Shown: positions 41,281 to 52,544, counted from the stretch's first letter. The stretch is DNA of 64,000 nt from Bigelowiella natans CCMP2755 (GCA_000320545.1 ADNK01001699.1:79135-143134); one strand, 5' to 3'. Notes: a model not told the origin generated them from the letters alone. A program made the numbers and translations.

Positions 41281-44200
41281 CTAAGCGGACGTGGGGCCGA
41301 CAAGGCGAGGGAGCTTGTAAGGTAGAGCCTTTGTTGTTATTTTTCTTTTTCTGGTGCCTTGTAGCATGATGGTTAGTTTTTCTCTGTATGATATAGGGAA
41401 CAAGAAATCACAGTGTTTCTTGTTGCTAGGTCCTGGTAGAGCCTTGGTAAGTATATCAGCGGGATTGTCCTCCCCAGGTATTTTGTTTATGCAGATCTGC
41501 TTGGTTTGATAGTTATCACGAACATTGTGATATTCTATCCTTATGTTCTTGCCTTTCTGTGTGAATCCAGGCTTGGCTGCAATGGAGATAGCTGCTTGAG
41601 AGTCACAATACACAGGTACAGGGTTCGGTATTTTCATTTTTAACTCCTGTAGTAACTGAGTGACATACACTAACTCTCTGCATATATCTGATAATGCTAT
41701 GTACTCAGCCTCGCCACTGGACATAGCAACGACCTTTTGCTTGTTGCTCTTCCAGACAACAGGTGCGTTGCTTAGCGATATGAAATATCCTGAATATGAT
41801 TTACCCGTTTTCTTGCAGGTCTTCCAGGAAGCATCGACGTAGGCTTTAAGCTCAGGTTTGGACGCTGCTTTAAAGGTAATTCTTTTGTCCTTTGTGTTGA
41901 CCAGATATTGTAGTAAGCGCACTGCAGCGATGTAGTGTATAGTTCTAGGATCTTGACTGTAGGAAGCTAGACGAGATAGAGTGTAGCAGATGTCTGGCCT
42001 AGTAGCCACCGCTGCATACATTGCTGCTCCTATGATGGATCTGTATGCCTTCTGATCTACTTTTTCATGTTCCACGTATTCGTCTAACTTTGATCCTGTT
42101 ATCATTGGTGTTTTTGCTCTTTTCGTAGGCGTGATATCATACTTCTGGGCGAGTCTGGTGAGGTAATCTTCCTGCGATATCCAATAGTTTCCCTCATTGT
42201 CGCTACCAACTCTTATGCCCAGTGTTTTCTTTAGCTCGCCTTCATCGCGAAACTCAAACTTGTCGCCTATTCGCTTCATGACAAAGTCCAGGTCTTTCTT
42301 ATCTTGATATGCTATGCATATGTCATCCACGAAACATGACAATATGATGATTCTTCCTTGTCTGTGCATTATCATTAGGCAAGGATCGGAGTAAAGCTGG
42401 ACGAAGCCAATGGCGTTGAGATGCTCGAGCAAGGTAAGGCTGAATATTGCACTTGCTTGTGTCAGCCCATAAATGCTTTTATTTACCAGTAGGGCTAGTG
42501 GAAGGCCACTGTTGTATAGCCGGATTTCATCAGGTGTCTTCGGCTTCCACCCTTTAGGTATTTCCATGTATACTTTACAGTCCATCTTTCCAGTTAGGAA
42601 AGCTGTAAGTATATCTATCCCGTGTAGTTTTAGCTTGAGGATAGATGCTATGGCTAACATTATCCGAAAACTATTTAGGGACAACGTCGGGGAATAAGAG
42701 AAGAAGGAGTCTTCTCCCGGGATCTGCGTGAACCCTCGCGCGACCAGCCTTGACTTATACCGAATGGTATAGTCTACATTTATTTTCTTCTTGAATACCC
42801 ATTTAGATGTAACGAAATTTGTATCCTTAGGTCGCACTACCAGCGTAAACGTTCCAAGTTTTCGAAGCTGGTGCAGTTCCTCTTCCGTAGAAGGTATCCA
42901 ATGCTTCTTATCATCTCCTGTGATTGCATCGTCATACGTCTTAGGAAGGTCCTCGATCTCATGTACTGATGGAGCTTTTATATTCATCAGGCGGTCGTAA
43001 TAGCTACCAAGTATTCCGTAACGAATACCAGGTACTCCCCTATTTTCTCTATTCGACCTTCGAGGCTTACTTTTTGCTTTTGTTTCAGGCCCACCATCCT
43101 CTGGCAACTCGTCAGTTGCACTGGATGGTTCGGGGGCGTCCGCGTCGGCAGGACCTTCTGGATAAAGGTACGCCAAAGCCGAATCACTAACTTTGTTTCT
43201 CTTCAGCGAAGGAAACTTAAACACTGTGTGGTACCATTTAGTTACACGGACTCTTTTAATTTTCAGCGTCTTCGTGGCGACGAGAAAAGTACCAAATCTA
43301 TCGTCATATCCCAACATACGTACGTATTCACCTCTAGCACCCATACCACCTGCAGGTCGGAGTTCCTTGTCAATGTGGTTTACTCCGATGCATCCCCAGG
43401 TAGTTAGATTCTTTAGATTTGGTTGCTCATGGTGCAGTAGTTCTTTAGGCGTTTTTCTACCAGGTGTGCTGCGATGTGAGGTGACGTTGTGGAGATATGC
43501 TGCAGTCTGAGCTGCGTAGGACCAGTATCCGACCGGTAAGCGTGCATGTTCTAACATAGCTCTTGTTTTCGCCATGATAGTCTGTATGTGACGCTCGGAC
43601 ATTCCATTTTGCTCAGGTGTTCGGGCGGTGCTAGGAACCCATTTTATTCCTTCGGAGGTGAGCCAGCTATGTAGCTTTGCGCTCATATATTCACCTCCAC
43701 CATCCGATCTGAATTCGTCTATGCTTCCACAACCTGGAAGCTTTCTGATGTGCTTTATGAACTGTATGGTTTTCTGCGTAACTTCGCTTTTCTTTCTCAA
43801 GAGCTCCAAGGTAACCCACCTTGTTCCTTCATGTACGAATATTACGAAATACTTGTAACCATCCATGCTGTTAGGCATGGTCTTTACATCAGAGTGAATT
43901 CTATTCCACATCCGGTTTTTCTTGTGGATATCAGGTACACATTTTTGCTTCTTTTTGACAGCATCGTCCTCAATCTTTGCTTTATTCCGATGCTGTTTCA
44001 TCCTTTCTTGGGCGCTTGGATCAAAGATCGGAGATCTTTTTGTTTTGGCTACATCACAGGCCTTGCAAAAGATCTTCTTTGGTATTTTTATCGTCTTGGA
44101 ATAAGGTAAACCTTCTGTAACTGCATAGGTGTCTCTTATCTTATCCGCTGCGATGTGCCCTAGGATGTTATGTGCGTGCTTGATTGAAGATGGCTGTTTC

Positions 44201-45648
44201 ATTGGGTAGGATTTAAATCTTTGTGTTTTTGTACTTTTGTTTATTTGTTTATATCTCAAATAAAATAGGCCGTCGTCTTGAAAGTCCCCGAACGCGTATT
44301 CCTCTCCGTTGGCGGTAATGCTTATTCCTTGTTTTGTTCCTTTGTACTCGCTGCCACTCTTAACTAGTCTGTTTAGAGAGATCACATTGCCTGCAGCTTC
44401 TTCAGAGTACAAAGCTCCTTGTAGAACAATTTTGTGCATCTTTCCTTGCTTGTTTTTAGTAGTTAGTTTGACGTCGCCTGCATAATTCACAAAGAATCCT
44501 GTCCCATCTTTGCCAACTTCTATGTATCGTGGTTGAATAGGTTTCAACTCGTTGAAGAAGTCGCGGTCACAGAAGAAGTGGTTGTTGGCTCCGCTGTCGA
44601 GAAGGATCAAAGGCTTATGGTTGTACTTCAGCGTTTGCAGGTAAGAATTGTCGCGTGCCATCTTATTAATGTAAGAGGGTCTTTGGGAAGGGGAGCCATG
44701 ATCAATGAAGGAATAGTGTTTTCCTTTGTTCTGCTTGCCTTCATCTCTCATCTTGTTTCTGCATTCCTTTTCCCAATGTCCTTTCTTGCCACAGTAATGA
44801 CATTTTGTTCTTTTCTTTAAGTTCAAGAAATAGTCTTCTCTCTTTTGCTTCTTGGAATTGTCTTGATATGCTCCGCTGTTGTATCTGTTCTTTCCCTTTT
44901 TGAATTTTCTCTTGTAGGTATTCAGCTGACCTGTAAGTTCGTTTAGCCTTTTCTCCAAGCCATCGTACATCTTCACGTATTTGTGTTCTGCACTGGTGTG
45001 TCCTGCATGTTTCTTTGAAGGTCTCTGCCCGTCATCTAATGATCGGGAGTTTATGTGGGAGCGGATCATGTCCACTGCAGAGTCGAAGGTAACATCTTTC
45101 TTGTTGTTGATGACTGTAACTATAGTCTCGTATTTTTCGCTAGGTACAAGTCCTCGAAGTAGAGTGGCAAGCGCTTGGTTGTCGGAGTACCCTTCGTGCT
45201 GTGCCCGAAGTCTTCTGATCGTCGAGTCAAGGTCAGAATGATACTTTGTGAAGTCTCCATTGTACTGACCCATGTTTATATCACTTAGTTTCGAATAAAG
45301 TTTCCTGACGGCTACAGGATTGGTAGGCTCGTACTTCTCCAGCAAGGCTGCTAAGGTAACTGCTACGTCTTTGGGTTTTCCTTCGAGTAGATCGAAGAAT
45401 TTGTCAGGAAGGGTAGCAGTGAGGAAGAATCTTCCTCTCTTTCTTTTGTTTATCTTTTCTTGTGATCCTCTTCCTTCAGGTTTGGGATTGAGGATATCGA
45501 ATTGCTCCGGGGATAGCTTGAGTACTTCTCGTCGGTGAGCGGGGTCGGTGCGTACATTGACTTCTGTCACCTTTCCTTCTATTTCTATGTTGACATTGAA
45601 GCATGATTCCAAATCCGCTGCTTCAAAGGCAGACATTAGCTTGTACAT
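41281..45648 (-). CDS. Copia Gag-Pol polyprotein (Gag, CCHC knuckle, protease, GAG-pre-integrase, integrase, RT, RNase H)
   Basis: CHYCGKKGHWEKEC; LLDSGANNHF; HNILGH...CKAC; IHSDV...FRSDGGGEY...QNGMSER; KWVFKKK...YKSRLVARGFTQ...SIYGLTQAS...FVDDI; YVDASW...SSGEAEY...CDSQAAI...NPADILTKAL. Integrase precedes RT, the Copia order. Confidence 0.97.
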   Translation of the reverse strand: MYKLMSAFEAADLESCFNVNIEIEGKVTEVNVRTDPAHRREVLKLSPEQFDILNPKPEGRGSQEKINKRKRGRFFLTATLPDKFFDLLEGKPKDVAVTLAALLEKYEPTNPVAVRKLYSKLSDINMGQYNGDFTKYHSDLDSTIRRLRAQHEGYSDNQALATLLRGLVPSEKYETIVTVINNKKDVTFDSAVDMIRSHINSRSLDDGQRPSKKHAGHTSAEHKYVKMYDGLEKRLNELTGQLNTYKRKFKKGKNRYNSGAYQDNSKKQKREDYFLNLKKRTKCHYCGKKGHWEKECRNKMRDEGKQNKGKHYSFIDHGSPSQRPSYINKMARDNSYLQTLKYNHKPLILLDSGANNHFFCDRDFFNELKPIQPRYIEVGKDGTGFFVNYAGDVKLTTKNKQGKMHKIVLQGALYSEEAAGNVISLNRLVKSGSEYKGTKQGISITANGEEYAFGDFQDDGLFYLRYKQINKSTKTQRFKSYPMKQPSSIKHAHNILGHIAADKIRDTYAVTEGLPYSKTIKIPKKIFCKACDVAKTKRSPIFDPSAQERMKQHRNKAKIEDDAVKKKQKCVPDIHKKNRMWNRIHSDVKTMPNSMDGYKYFVIFVHEGTRWVTLELLRKKSEVTQKTIQFIKHIRKLPGCGSIDEFRSDGGGEYMSAKLHSWLTSEGIKWVPSTARTPEQNGMSERHIQTIMAKTRAMLEHARLPVGYWSYAAQTAAYLHNVTSHRSTPGRKTPKELLHHEQPNLKNLTTWGCIGVNHIDKELRPAGGMGARGEYVRMLGYDDRFGTFLVATKTLKIKRVRVTKWYHTVFKFPSLKRNKVSDSALAYLYPEGPADADAPEPSSATDELPEDGGPETKAKSKPRRSNRENRGVPGIRYGILGSYYDRLMNIKAPSVHEIEDLPKTYDDAITGDDKKHWIPSTEEELHQLRKLGTFTLVVRPKDTNFVTSKWVFKKKINVDYTIRYKSRLVARGFTQIPGEDSFFSYSPTLSLNSFRIMLAIASILKLKLHGIDILTAFLTGKMDCKVYMEIPKGWKPKTPDEIRLYNSGLPLALLVNKSIYGLTQASAIFSLTLLEHLNAIGFVQLYSDPCLMIMHRQGRIIILSCFVDDICIAYQDKKDLDFVMKRIGDKFEFRDEGELKKTLGIRVGSDNEGNYWISQEDYLTRLAQKYDITPTKRAKTPMITGSKLDEYVEHEKVDQKAYRSIIGAAMYAAVATRPDICYTLSRLASYSQDPRTIHYIAAVRLLQYLVNTKDKRITFKAASKPELKAYVDASWKTCKKTGKSYSGYFISLSNAPVVWKSNKQKVVAMSSGEAEYIALSDICRELVYVTQLLQELKMKIPNPVPVYCDSQAAISIAAKPGFTQKGKNIRIEYHNVRDNYQTKQICINKIPGEDNPADILTKALPGPSNKKHCDFLFPISYREKLTIMLQGTRKRKITTKALPYKLPRLVGPTSA

Positions 45649-45896
45649 GTAGGGCTTGTAGTTGCTACCATCGTACTTGAGGGTGAAGTTTTTTTAGTAG
45701 GGAGTCTATCTGCTTTTCTGACATGTTGTTTCGTTCCTATTTTCTTTGTTTTTCAGTGCTTTGGAGGCTTGACCGAAGATTGGCTGAGGGAATGCTGTTG
45801 TCGCTTTCAGTTCCTTCTTCTGGAAGGATGTAGCTGAAGGGGGGTGGGGGGTTGCTTGGTTCTTTTCTGAGTTGGTTCTCTAGCAAGTCCTCTTGA

Positions 45897-45907
45897 GGCT
45901 CATAACC
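45897..45907 (-). other. Primer-binding site complementary to the anticodon arm of initiator tRNA-Met (half-tRNA priming as in Drosophila copia)
   Basis: Minus strand reads GGTTATGAGCC directly after the 5' LTR; the plus strand GGCTCATAACC contains the CAT anticodon loop. Confidence 0.85.
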
Positions 45908-46323
45908 TTTTAGCGGGCTTGCGGTAGCTGCTTAGCTTTTGTGCGCGGGACTGTGCTGATGTCACTGAGTGTCAACACGCGGTCCTGTGTGCGTTTGAAT
46001 TGTGTTGATGACTTGTGACTTGCGCTGCATGCATGTGCGCATTGGGTTCCGGCGCATTCGCGAAGATTCTCGAATCTTCCAGAATTCTCTCGAATTCTCT
46101 GGAAGATTCTCGAAGCTTCCGGAATGCTCTCGAAGATTCTGGAAGATTCTCGAATCTTCCGGAATGTTCTCGAAGCTTCTGGAAGATTCTCGAAGCTTCT
46201 CGAAGATTCCCGAAGTTCTGAGAACTTCCATGCGCATGTGCGCAGCGCAGCGTGCAGCACGAGTGGACGTGCGCATGCTGCGACAGCTCCTTGATCGTGG
46301 GTGGCGCGGCCAGACCGCTGACA
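45908..46323 (-). repeat. Copia 5' LTR, including a second copy of the HSE array (~46062-46229)
   Basis: Direct repeat of 39796-40211 (G at 45915 vs A at 39803). Confidence 0.95.
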
Positions 46324-46411
46324 GACTTGGGGTTCGGTTGCAAATGTTTCCAGACGTGTCCATCCTCTCGTGCGCTTGAGAGGCTCCGTCGGGAGGCTGT
46401 GAGGAACGCGC

Positions 46412-47745
46412 ATGCTTCTGAGAGCCCGGAGACCCAGTTTGAGATGGCTCTGCAGCATCTCTGCGATGAGGAGGATGAAGAAAAGCTTCAGCGCGACTTC
46501 GAGGATGAGCTCGATTTTCTTCGGCGAAAGCGGCATCGATGTGTTGATGGTGTTGGTGGTTTTTGCCTTTGAACCACTCACAGTTCCAGTGCTTGGGTTG
46601 ATCGACGATGGCGCTCAACCTGCTGCCACTTCGGAGGCTCCATGCCAAAAGTCAAAATCCTCTGGTGTTGGGTTTGGATGCAGGCCGATGGCAGGTGAGG
46701 TGGGTGGCTCAAGTTCATCGATTGAAAACGAAATTTTGCGAGAAGTCGATTTCACCGTCCAGATCAAAAGACACAAAAAGCATGGAGCACACGTCAAACT
46801 CCGCACTTTGTCTCTGGCATCACTTGGACCGGTCTCGCAGGACTTTGCATTGGGCACAGGTGCCCTCAACGTGAATGGCATTGACCCTGTCAAGGATCCT
46901 GACCCTGCAAAGCGAGTGGTGACCACAAATGGTGAAATCGTCAATTCATGCCCGTGCAGCGTCGACGTGATGTCGGCGACTGTTGCAACCGTCGTGGGCA
47001 TGGATGTGCCTCCGATGGCAGCAGCTCCCGGCGAGATTTGCAGCACGGATGCAAACGCCGTGGGAGAATTGCCTGGAGCGGAGGAGGTGTCGTCTGTGGT
47101 TCGAAAAGAACTGCAAAATGCCGTGGATCATGACTTTGTTGACAATCATGACCACGTGATCAATGCACAAGGTTTGCCTGATGTCGATGTCAAATCGATG
47201 GCAAATCCCATCGAATCGGATGGAGTGCTTCTCCAGCGGTCATCCAGTGTTGCACCGTTGTCAGAGTTTGGCGACCAACGTGCAGTCGCCAACTCTGACT
47301 TGGCAAACGGCCACGTGCTGGACATGCTCGATCGCTTGCTGGCTTGGAGAACGAGATGGTCACGAAGGAGAGCTTGCTGCCGGGTTTGCAGCAATTCTGC
47401 CACCTTCGCACTGTCACTTGCCGCTTCCGGAAGCACTTTGTTGCAAAACTGCCGGAGGTGGGCAAGCACAAGCTGCGGGAACCGCACGATGTCAAGCGGT
47501 GGCTGAAGCCGGGCTGCAAGCCGGTTCGCCAGCGGCCTTGCCATTTGGAGCCGAACAAACTCAAGCTCATGGTTCGTGTTTCCTGCATTGCAGAGTGTGG
47601 TCCATGTCTTGCAGTGTGTTGCACGTGTCGCATGTTGCTTCCAATTTTGTGCGTTGTCCTCTGGACAGCAGAAATGTTCCAATGTTGCCAACACCACAAA
47701 CAGCGCGCATCCATGATGTGGCAATGCTTGGTGGCTTCAATGTGA
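46412..47745 (+). pseudogene. Degenerate, overlapping, intronless ORFs (46412-47506 and 47344-47745) of unknown, possibly viral, origin
   Basis: A 364-aa frame rich in V/G/S/T/D/P with zero Tyr, lying in TA-free DNA; no family recognised. Confidence 0.4.
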
Positions 47746-48539
47746 TTCCTGTTGTCCGAGAGCCAGGCATGAAGTCAAGTTTTTTCAAATGCATGGCCTC
47801 ATGTCATGCCTGCGCATGTCTGTGTTGTCATCAATGGTTGCCGCGCCAGTGAAGCTAAGAGCAAAAAGCGTGACGAATTCGCTAGCGCGTGCGTCACGCT
47901 GCGATGGCGCCATGATGAGGCCACGTTTGTCCAGTACGTTGTGTGTGCGCGCACAAAGTTTCGTCGCAAAATGAGCTTTCAGCGTTGCGTGGTTGTCAGG
48001 CTATGTCCGCTGCATGATCGAGTGTGCATGTGTGATGCACAGATGCGCACCAGCTCACATCGCATGCCAGCCAACGGACTCATGCAATGCATCTGAACGT
48101 GTGAAGCTTCGCGCCGTCTTCAGATTCCACCAATTCTCTGGGCCATCACAGATCAGCGGCGATAGTGTCACAAATGTGCGCACACATCTAGATGCCGTTG
48201 CGCATGCCATGGCATTGAACTTGTTCCAAACAAAAGAGCATTGTGCAACTCATGTGGGTCCAAGTGCATGGCAGAGTCAAAAGAAATGGATTGGGTATGC
48301 CTAGCTAGCCAGACACAGAAGAACACAGAAGTGAACTGTGATGTGCGTTTGTGCTACTTGGTGGCCCACACTGCAAACATTCACATCATCGTTGAGGACC
48401 ACAACACTGTGCGATTGATCGATCCTGTCAACATGCATGTCTACCCCATGCGTGTCATGCACATCCTTTCAATCGCGGCCATGCAGCACACAGAGTGTGC
48501 TGTTGGTCATCCTGGTCACAGCTGAAAGTCCAGGTAATT

Positions 48540-49495
48540 GATTCCAGTAATATCTCCAACATCATGAATACCTAAAAATATAAAAATAAATCTTACGTGG
48601 ATCTTGAACTCGAAAGATGAAATCGGAGTGAAACAAGTGATGCACCTTCTTTTGTTCAGGCGCTTCATGCAATCAATCCCACAATCCTTGACTGCTTCGA
48701 TTTCGCTGCAGCAAACATGTTGTTTCATAGCATTGTTTTTGACATGAGCTACTGTTTGCCATCATCATGAGTGTCCCCTCCCTCCCTCCATCATCATCGT
48801 CGCAATTGTACACATACAGCAGCAATATTATCATCATTATTACTTTGGTCCATATTTCTTCAAGACTTGTCCCACACGAAATTTGTTGTGTCTTTGCTCT
48901 GCATCTTCCTCTATTGACTGAGATTTTGATATCTCAATGAACGATGATGCAGAATTAAACTCACAATATTCTTTCCCAATTTCTTCATCAGATCATTGTT
49001 ATGATGATGCCAAAAGCAATGTGTAAATTCATTTATCTAAGATATTCAATGTAAAGAAATCAATTCTGAACACTGTGAGTACAAACGATAACGGAAAAGT
49101 AGACTGGTATGGTTCATAGCATGATAAAAATGATTATGATGATTAAAATGGTAGCGGTGACGGTGCTGATTATGTAATAATGGATATCCAAAATGTTAAT
49201 GAAAAGCAATCAAATTAGAAGAAATTGACCAAACGCACTGCATTATCAAGACCGTTCAGCCTACTAATAATAACCATTAAAGGAGGGTCCAACCTTGACG
49301 ATTTGGGCTTCCATAAAACGACGGCGGGGTTGCTCCAGGACGTTAAACTCATTACCGTTTTTTTTGTAGATTCTATTATTATGAAATTGGTCTTTCAATT
49401 ATTTCCCACCTACAAACAACTACGAGTCGCCTAGTAATACCTTGCAGGCGCATATATTTGTTGAATGTGCATAATAATACATAATTTTTGCATGC

Positions 49496-49539
<44 letters not shown>

Positions 49540-49546
49540 CGCGCGC

Positions 49547-49577
<31 letters not shown>

Positions 49578-51287
49578 CACCGTGGTTGGTGATATTGATT
49601 CAGCCACATGTCAGCTCGCTTTGTTCCAATCGGGGAAAATGTTTTTGCTATAGCAGCAGCAAAATTTAAAATTGTGTTTACACAGCGGATAGGTAAGTAA
49701 CGTACGAAAATATTATTGACGAGATGGTTTTTGTATCGTAATGACAATAAGCAAAATACTTTGTATCAGCAGCCAATAGTGGTTTACAATGATTATGATG
49801 ATGATTCAGTGATAGAGAGAGCTTTCTTTTCAATGATATCGTCTGCTCTAATCAATGATGACGATAAAAGAATAACAACAAATTTGGTTCACCGTGCTTC
49901 GAGTTGTTCTTCATTCCTCCTCCTGAGTTTACTAGTACAGATTCTTTTGCTTCTTCATTAGCTGCTGCTACTGCGGGGAAAGGCTTCAGCACTCGTAACC
50001 CTAAGCTTTCTCGGGCAGAATTCTACAGCATAGCACCAGTTTCGCATGACAAAAGAGTCAAAATAACAGCCTATAGTTCATGGATAATACTACCATAAGG
50101 CAGTATTTACTATTCTTCTTGTGAGTGTGAATGATGCCCCTTTCCTTTTTACATCTACTGATATATTAGCTCACATACTATTGCAGCTGGCACTGCACTT
50201 GTTGATTGAGTGGTCAGGAGGGTATCTGGTTATTTATAACAAAACGTGAATAATCGTTGAGAGAGAACATCCTGAATAATCATAGGAAGACAAATGCAGT
50301 TGATTTGCTAAAACACTATACTTTTGCTTTTGCTGCTAATGTTGTTGCTGTTACTCATGCTGCTGCTGCTGGTGGTGGTGGTGGTGTGAAAGTTTTGGCT
50401 GCCGGCTGTACTCACCTTGAGACGATGCTGATGACATGAATTCTTTTCTAAGCTGTTCTTCCAAACATGCACACTCCTTCATGTTAGGATTGCACCAGAA
50501 ATTACCAGAACACCTTAGAAACAACAAGAAAATGAATGATTAGCTGGTTTCCTTTTTGATAATCGATACTGCTTATTCTTTATTTCTCGAGTCAAAACAT
50601 GTATTCTCCATTCCAACCTGCTACTGCTCTGTAGCAAAAATAGTAAAAATGTAATAGCACAGTGGTAATGTACTCATTTGGAAGCTTGTTTGTGCAATAG
50701 CATGTTGCTGGATCAGGGCACCAAGTATACTGTTAAGATGATGATGCAAAACAGTAAGTAACACCATAAAATACAGAATCAGAACGAAACTAAATCATCC
50801 ATAATATCCGCTTGGAATGATCAAAGATAACCAATATTTTCCCAAGGTATTACGGACAATGAAGAACACTGCTGCTGATTCAGCTAGAAACTCATAAATA
50901 TTACCACAACATCAGGACCATGCGGATGATGAATTTCTAAATTTAATTATGATTTTAACATGCTGCTCACAATCTTGATCCTTCTTCATCAACATTGTCT
51001 TTTTTGTTATCATCATCATCAGTATCATCAACAACATCATCTATCGGCAATAGTATTTACTACTCACTCACAATGGGGCAGGATCGTGCGGTAGGGTTGT
51101 TATTAAGTCGCTGTTGTTGTTGCTGTAAGTTTCCCTGTATCTCTTGATGGGCATTTAGAGGAGTAGTAAGACGGGTTGACTGGTCTCTTTTGCCGTCATC
51201 ATCATATGATGGGGAGGAAGTGCACTGACACCTTAACACACAGATTTACAAAGATAATTTAGGCAACAAGAAAGAAAAAAGTAGAGG

Positions 51288-51332
<45 letters not shown>

Positions 51333-51421
51333 AAGAGAAAAAAACTTTCTGGTTCTAGAATGAAGAACATGTTTGCGTCGTGATCGAGGTTGAAGAAACA
51401 ACAAATATACAACTGCGTACT

Positions 51422-51456
<35 letters not shown>

Positions 51457-51585
51457 AGTAGCATCTACCGATTCTCATCGGTGGAGCACCAAAAACGACC
51501 ACCGCATATGTCTGGAGACACACTTGTGCAGTAACATCTGTGATAATGAATATGATGAGAAGATGGTTTTATGAGATTGATGATG

Positions 51586-51617
<32 letters not shown>

Positions 51618-51714
51618 GTGATGTGATATTATAGTAATAATAATCATGAGTATGACTAACACACAATTACACACACGTGTATGTGTATTTGCGTGTGTAA
51701 GAGAGAGATACAGA

Positions 51715-51772
<58 letters not shown>

Positions 51773-51777
51773 ATATT

Positions 51778-51821
<44 letters not shown>

Positions 51822-51823
51822 TT

Positions 51824-51882
<59 letters not shown>

Positions 51883-52108
51883 AGTGTGTACAATACACAA
51901 TGTGTTTTGTAAGTGTGTTCTGTGTTGATGACACATACATATATTCTTCCTTAAATATAAATGAACAAGAGCTACTGCATATATTACTTTTCTTCTCTTT
52001 GGTAAGTAGTATTATATAGTCTACTTTCACGCACACTATGATAAACCAATCCTAACACTATCCCTGCCATTTCTTAGGGTTGTGCCATAGATGATCGAGC
52101 AGTAGTAA

Positions 52109-52143
<35 letters not shown>

Positions 52144-52510
52144 ATACCTCGCTTGTGTACAATATTTGGTTTCAGTTGGCCCACAGAGAATATTTTGGGC
52201 AGAATTGGTGTTTCTGAGTTGGTTTACAGAACAATCATCACTACTGCTGGCAGAATAATAGCCATAGCCATTGTTCCGAGAACGACGGCTTGGTAGGAGT
52301 ACAGAGACACATCATCATCATCATCATCATCATCGTTAAGAGAAGTGATAACAGTTATTGTTGCCATACGTACATTTTCGAGTTTCGATTTATCTTATTA
52401 CTAATATGATTGTGAACAGCAAAATGTAGAGGAGAGGATGATTCATTTTGACGAAGATGACGAGGAATACTGGTATGCAAAGATGTTCTTACCACACGCA
52501 CACACACACA

Positions 52511-52544
<34 letters not shown>

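Larger units (their letters stand above)
39796..46323 (-). mobile_element. Full-length, very young Ty1/Copia LTR retrotransposon (6,528 bp)
   Basis: Two 416-bp LTRs with one mismatch seen; 5-bp TSD GACTT at 39791-39795 and 46324-46328; PBS, PPT and a long gag-pol ORF. Confidence 0.97.
39170..46572 (+). pseudogene. Degenerate intronless ORF of unknown family, split by the Copia insertion (39170-39795 joined to 46329-46572)
   Basis: Removing the element and one GACTT copy restores one frame: ...AALVGQA-D-LGFGCKCFQTCPSSRALERLRRE...VGGFCL*. It has no Tyr, with Cys/His where Tyr is plausible. Confidence 0.6.

Noticed and set aside
35950-48530. CpG-methylation decay or classical RIP as the cause of the TG/CA excess
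   Set aside because: CpG remains abundant and TA, the RIP product, is the dinucleotide that is missing.
35950-48530. Alternative genetic code or contaminant contig
   Set aside because: Depletion affects non-coding DNA and all frames, has graded borders with host genes, and includes host telomere repeats; neighbouring genes use standard stops.
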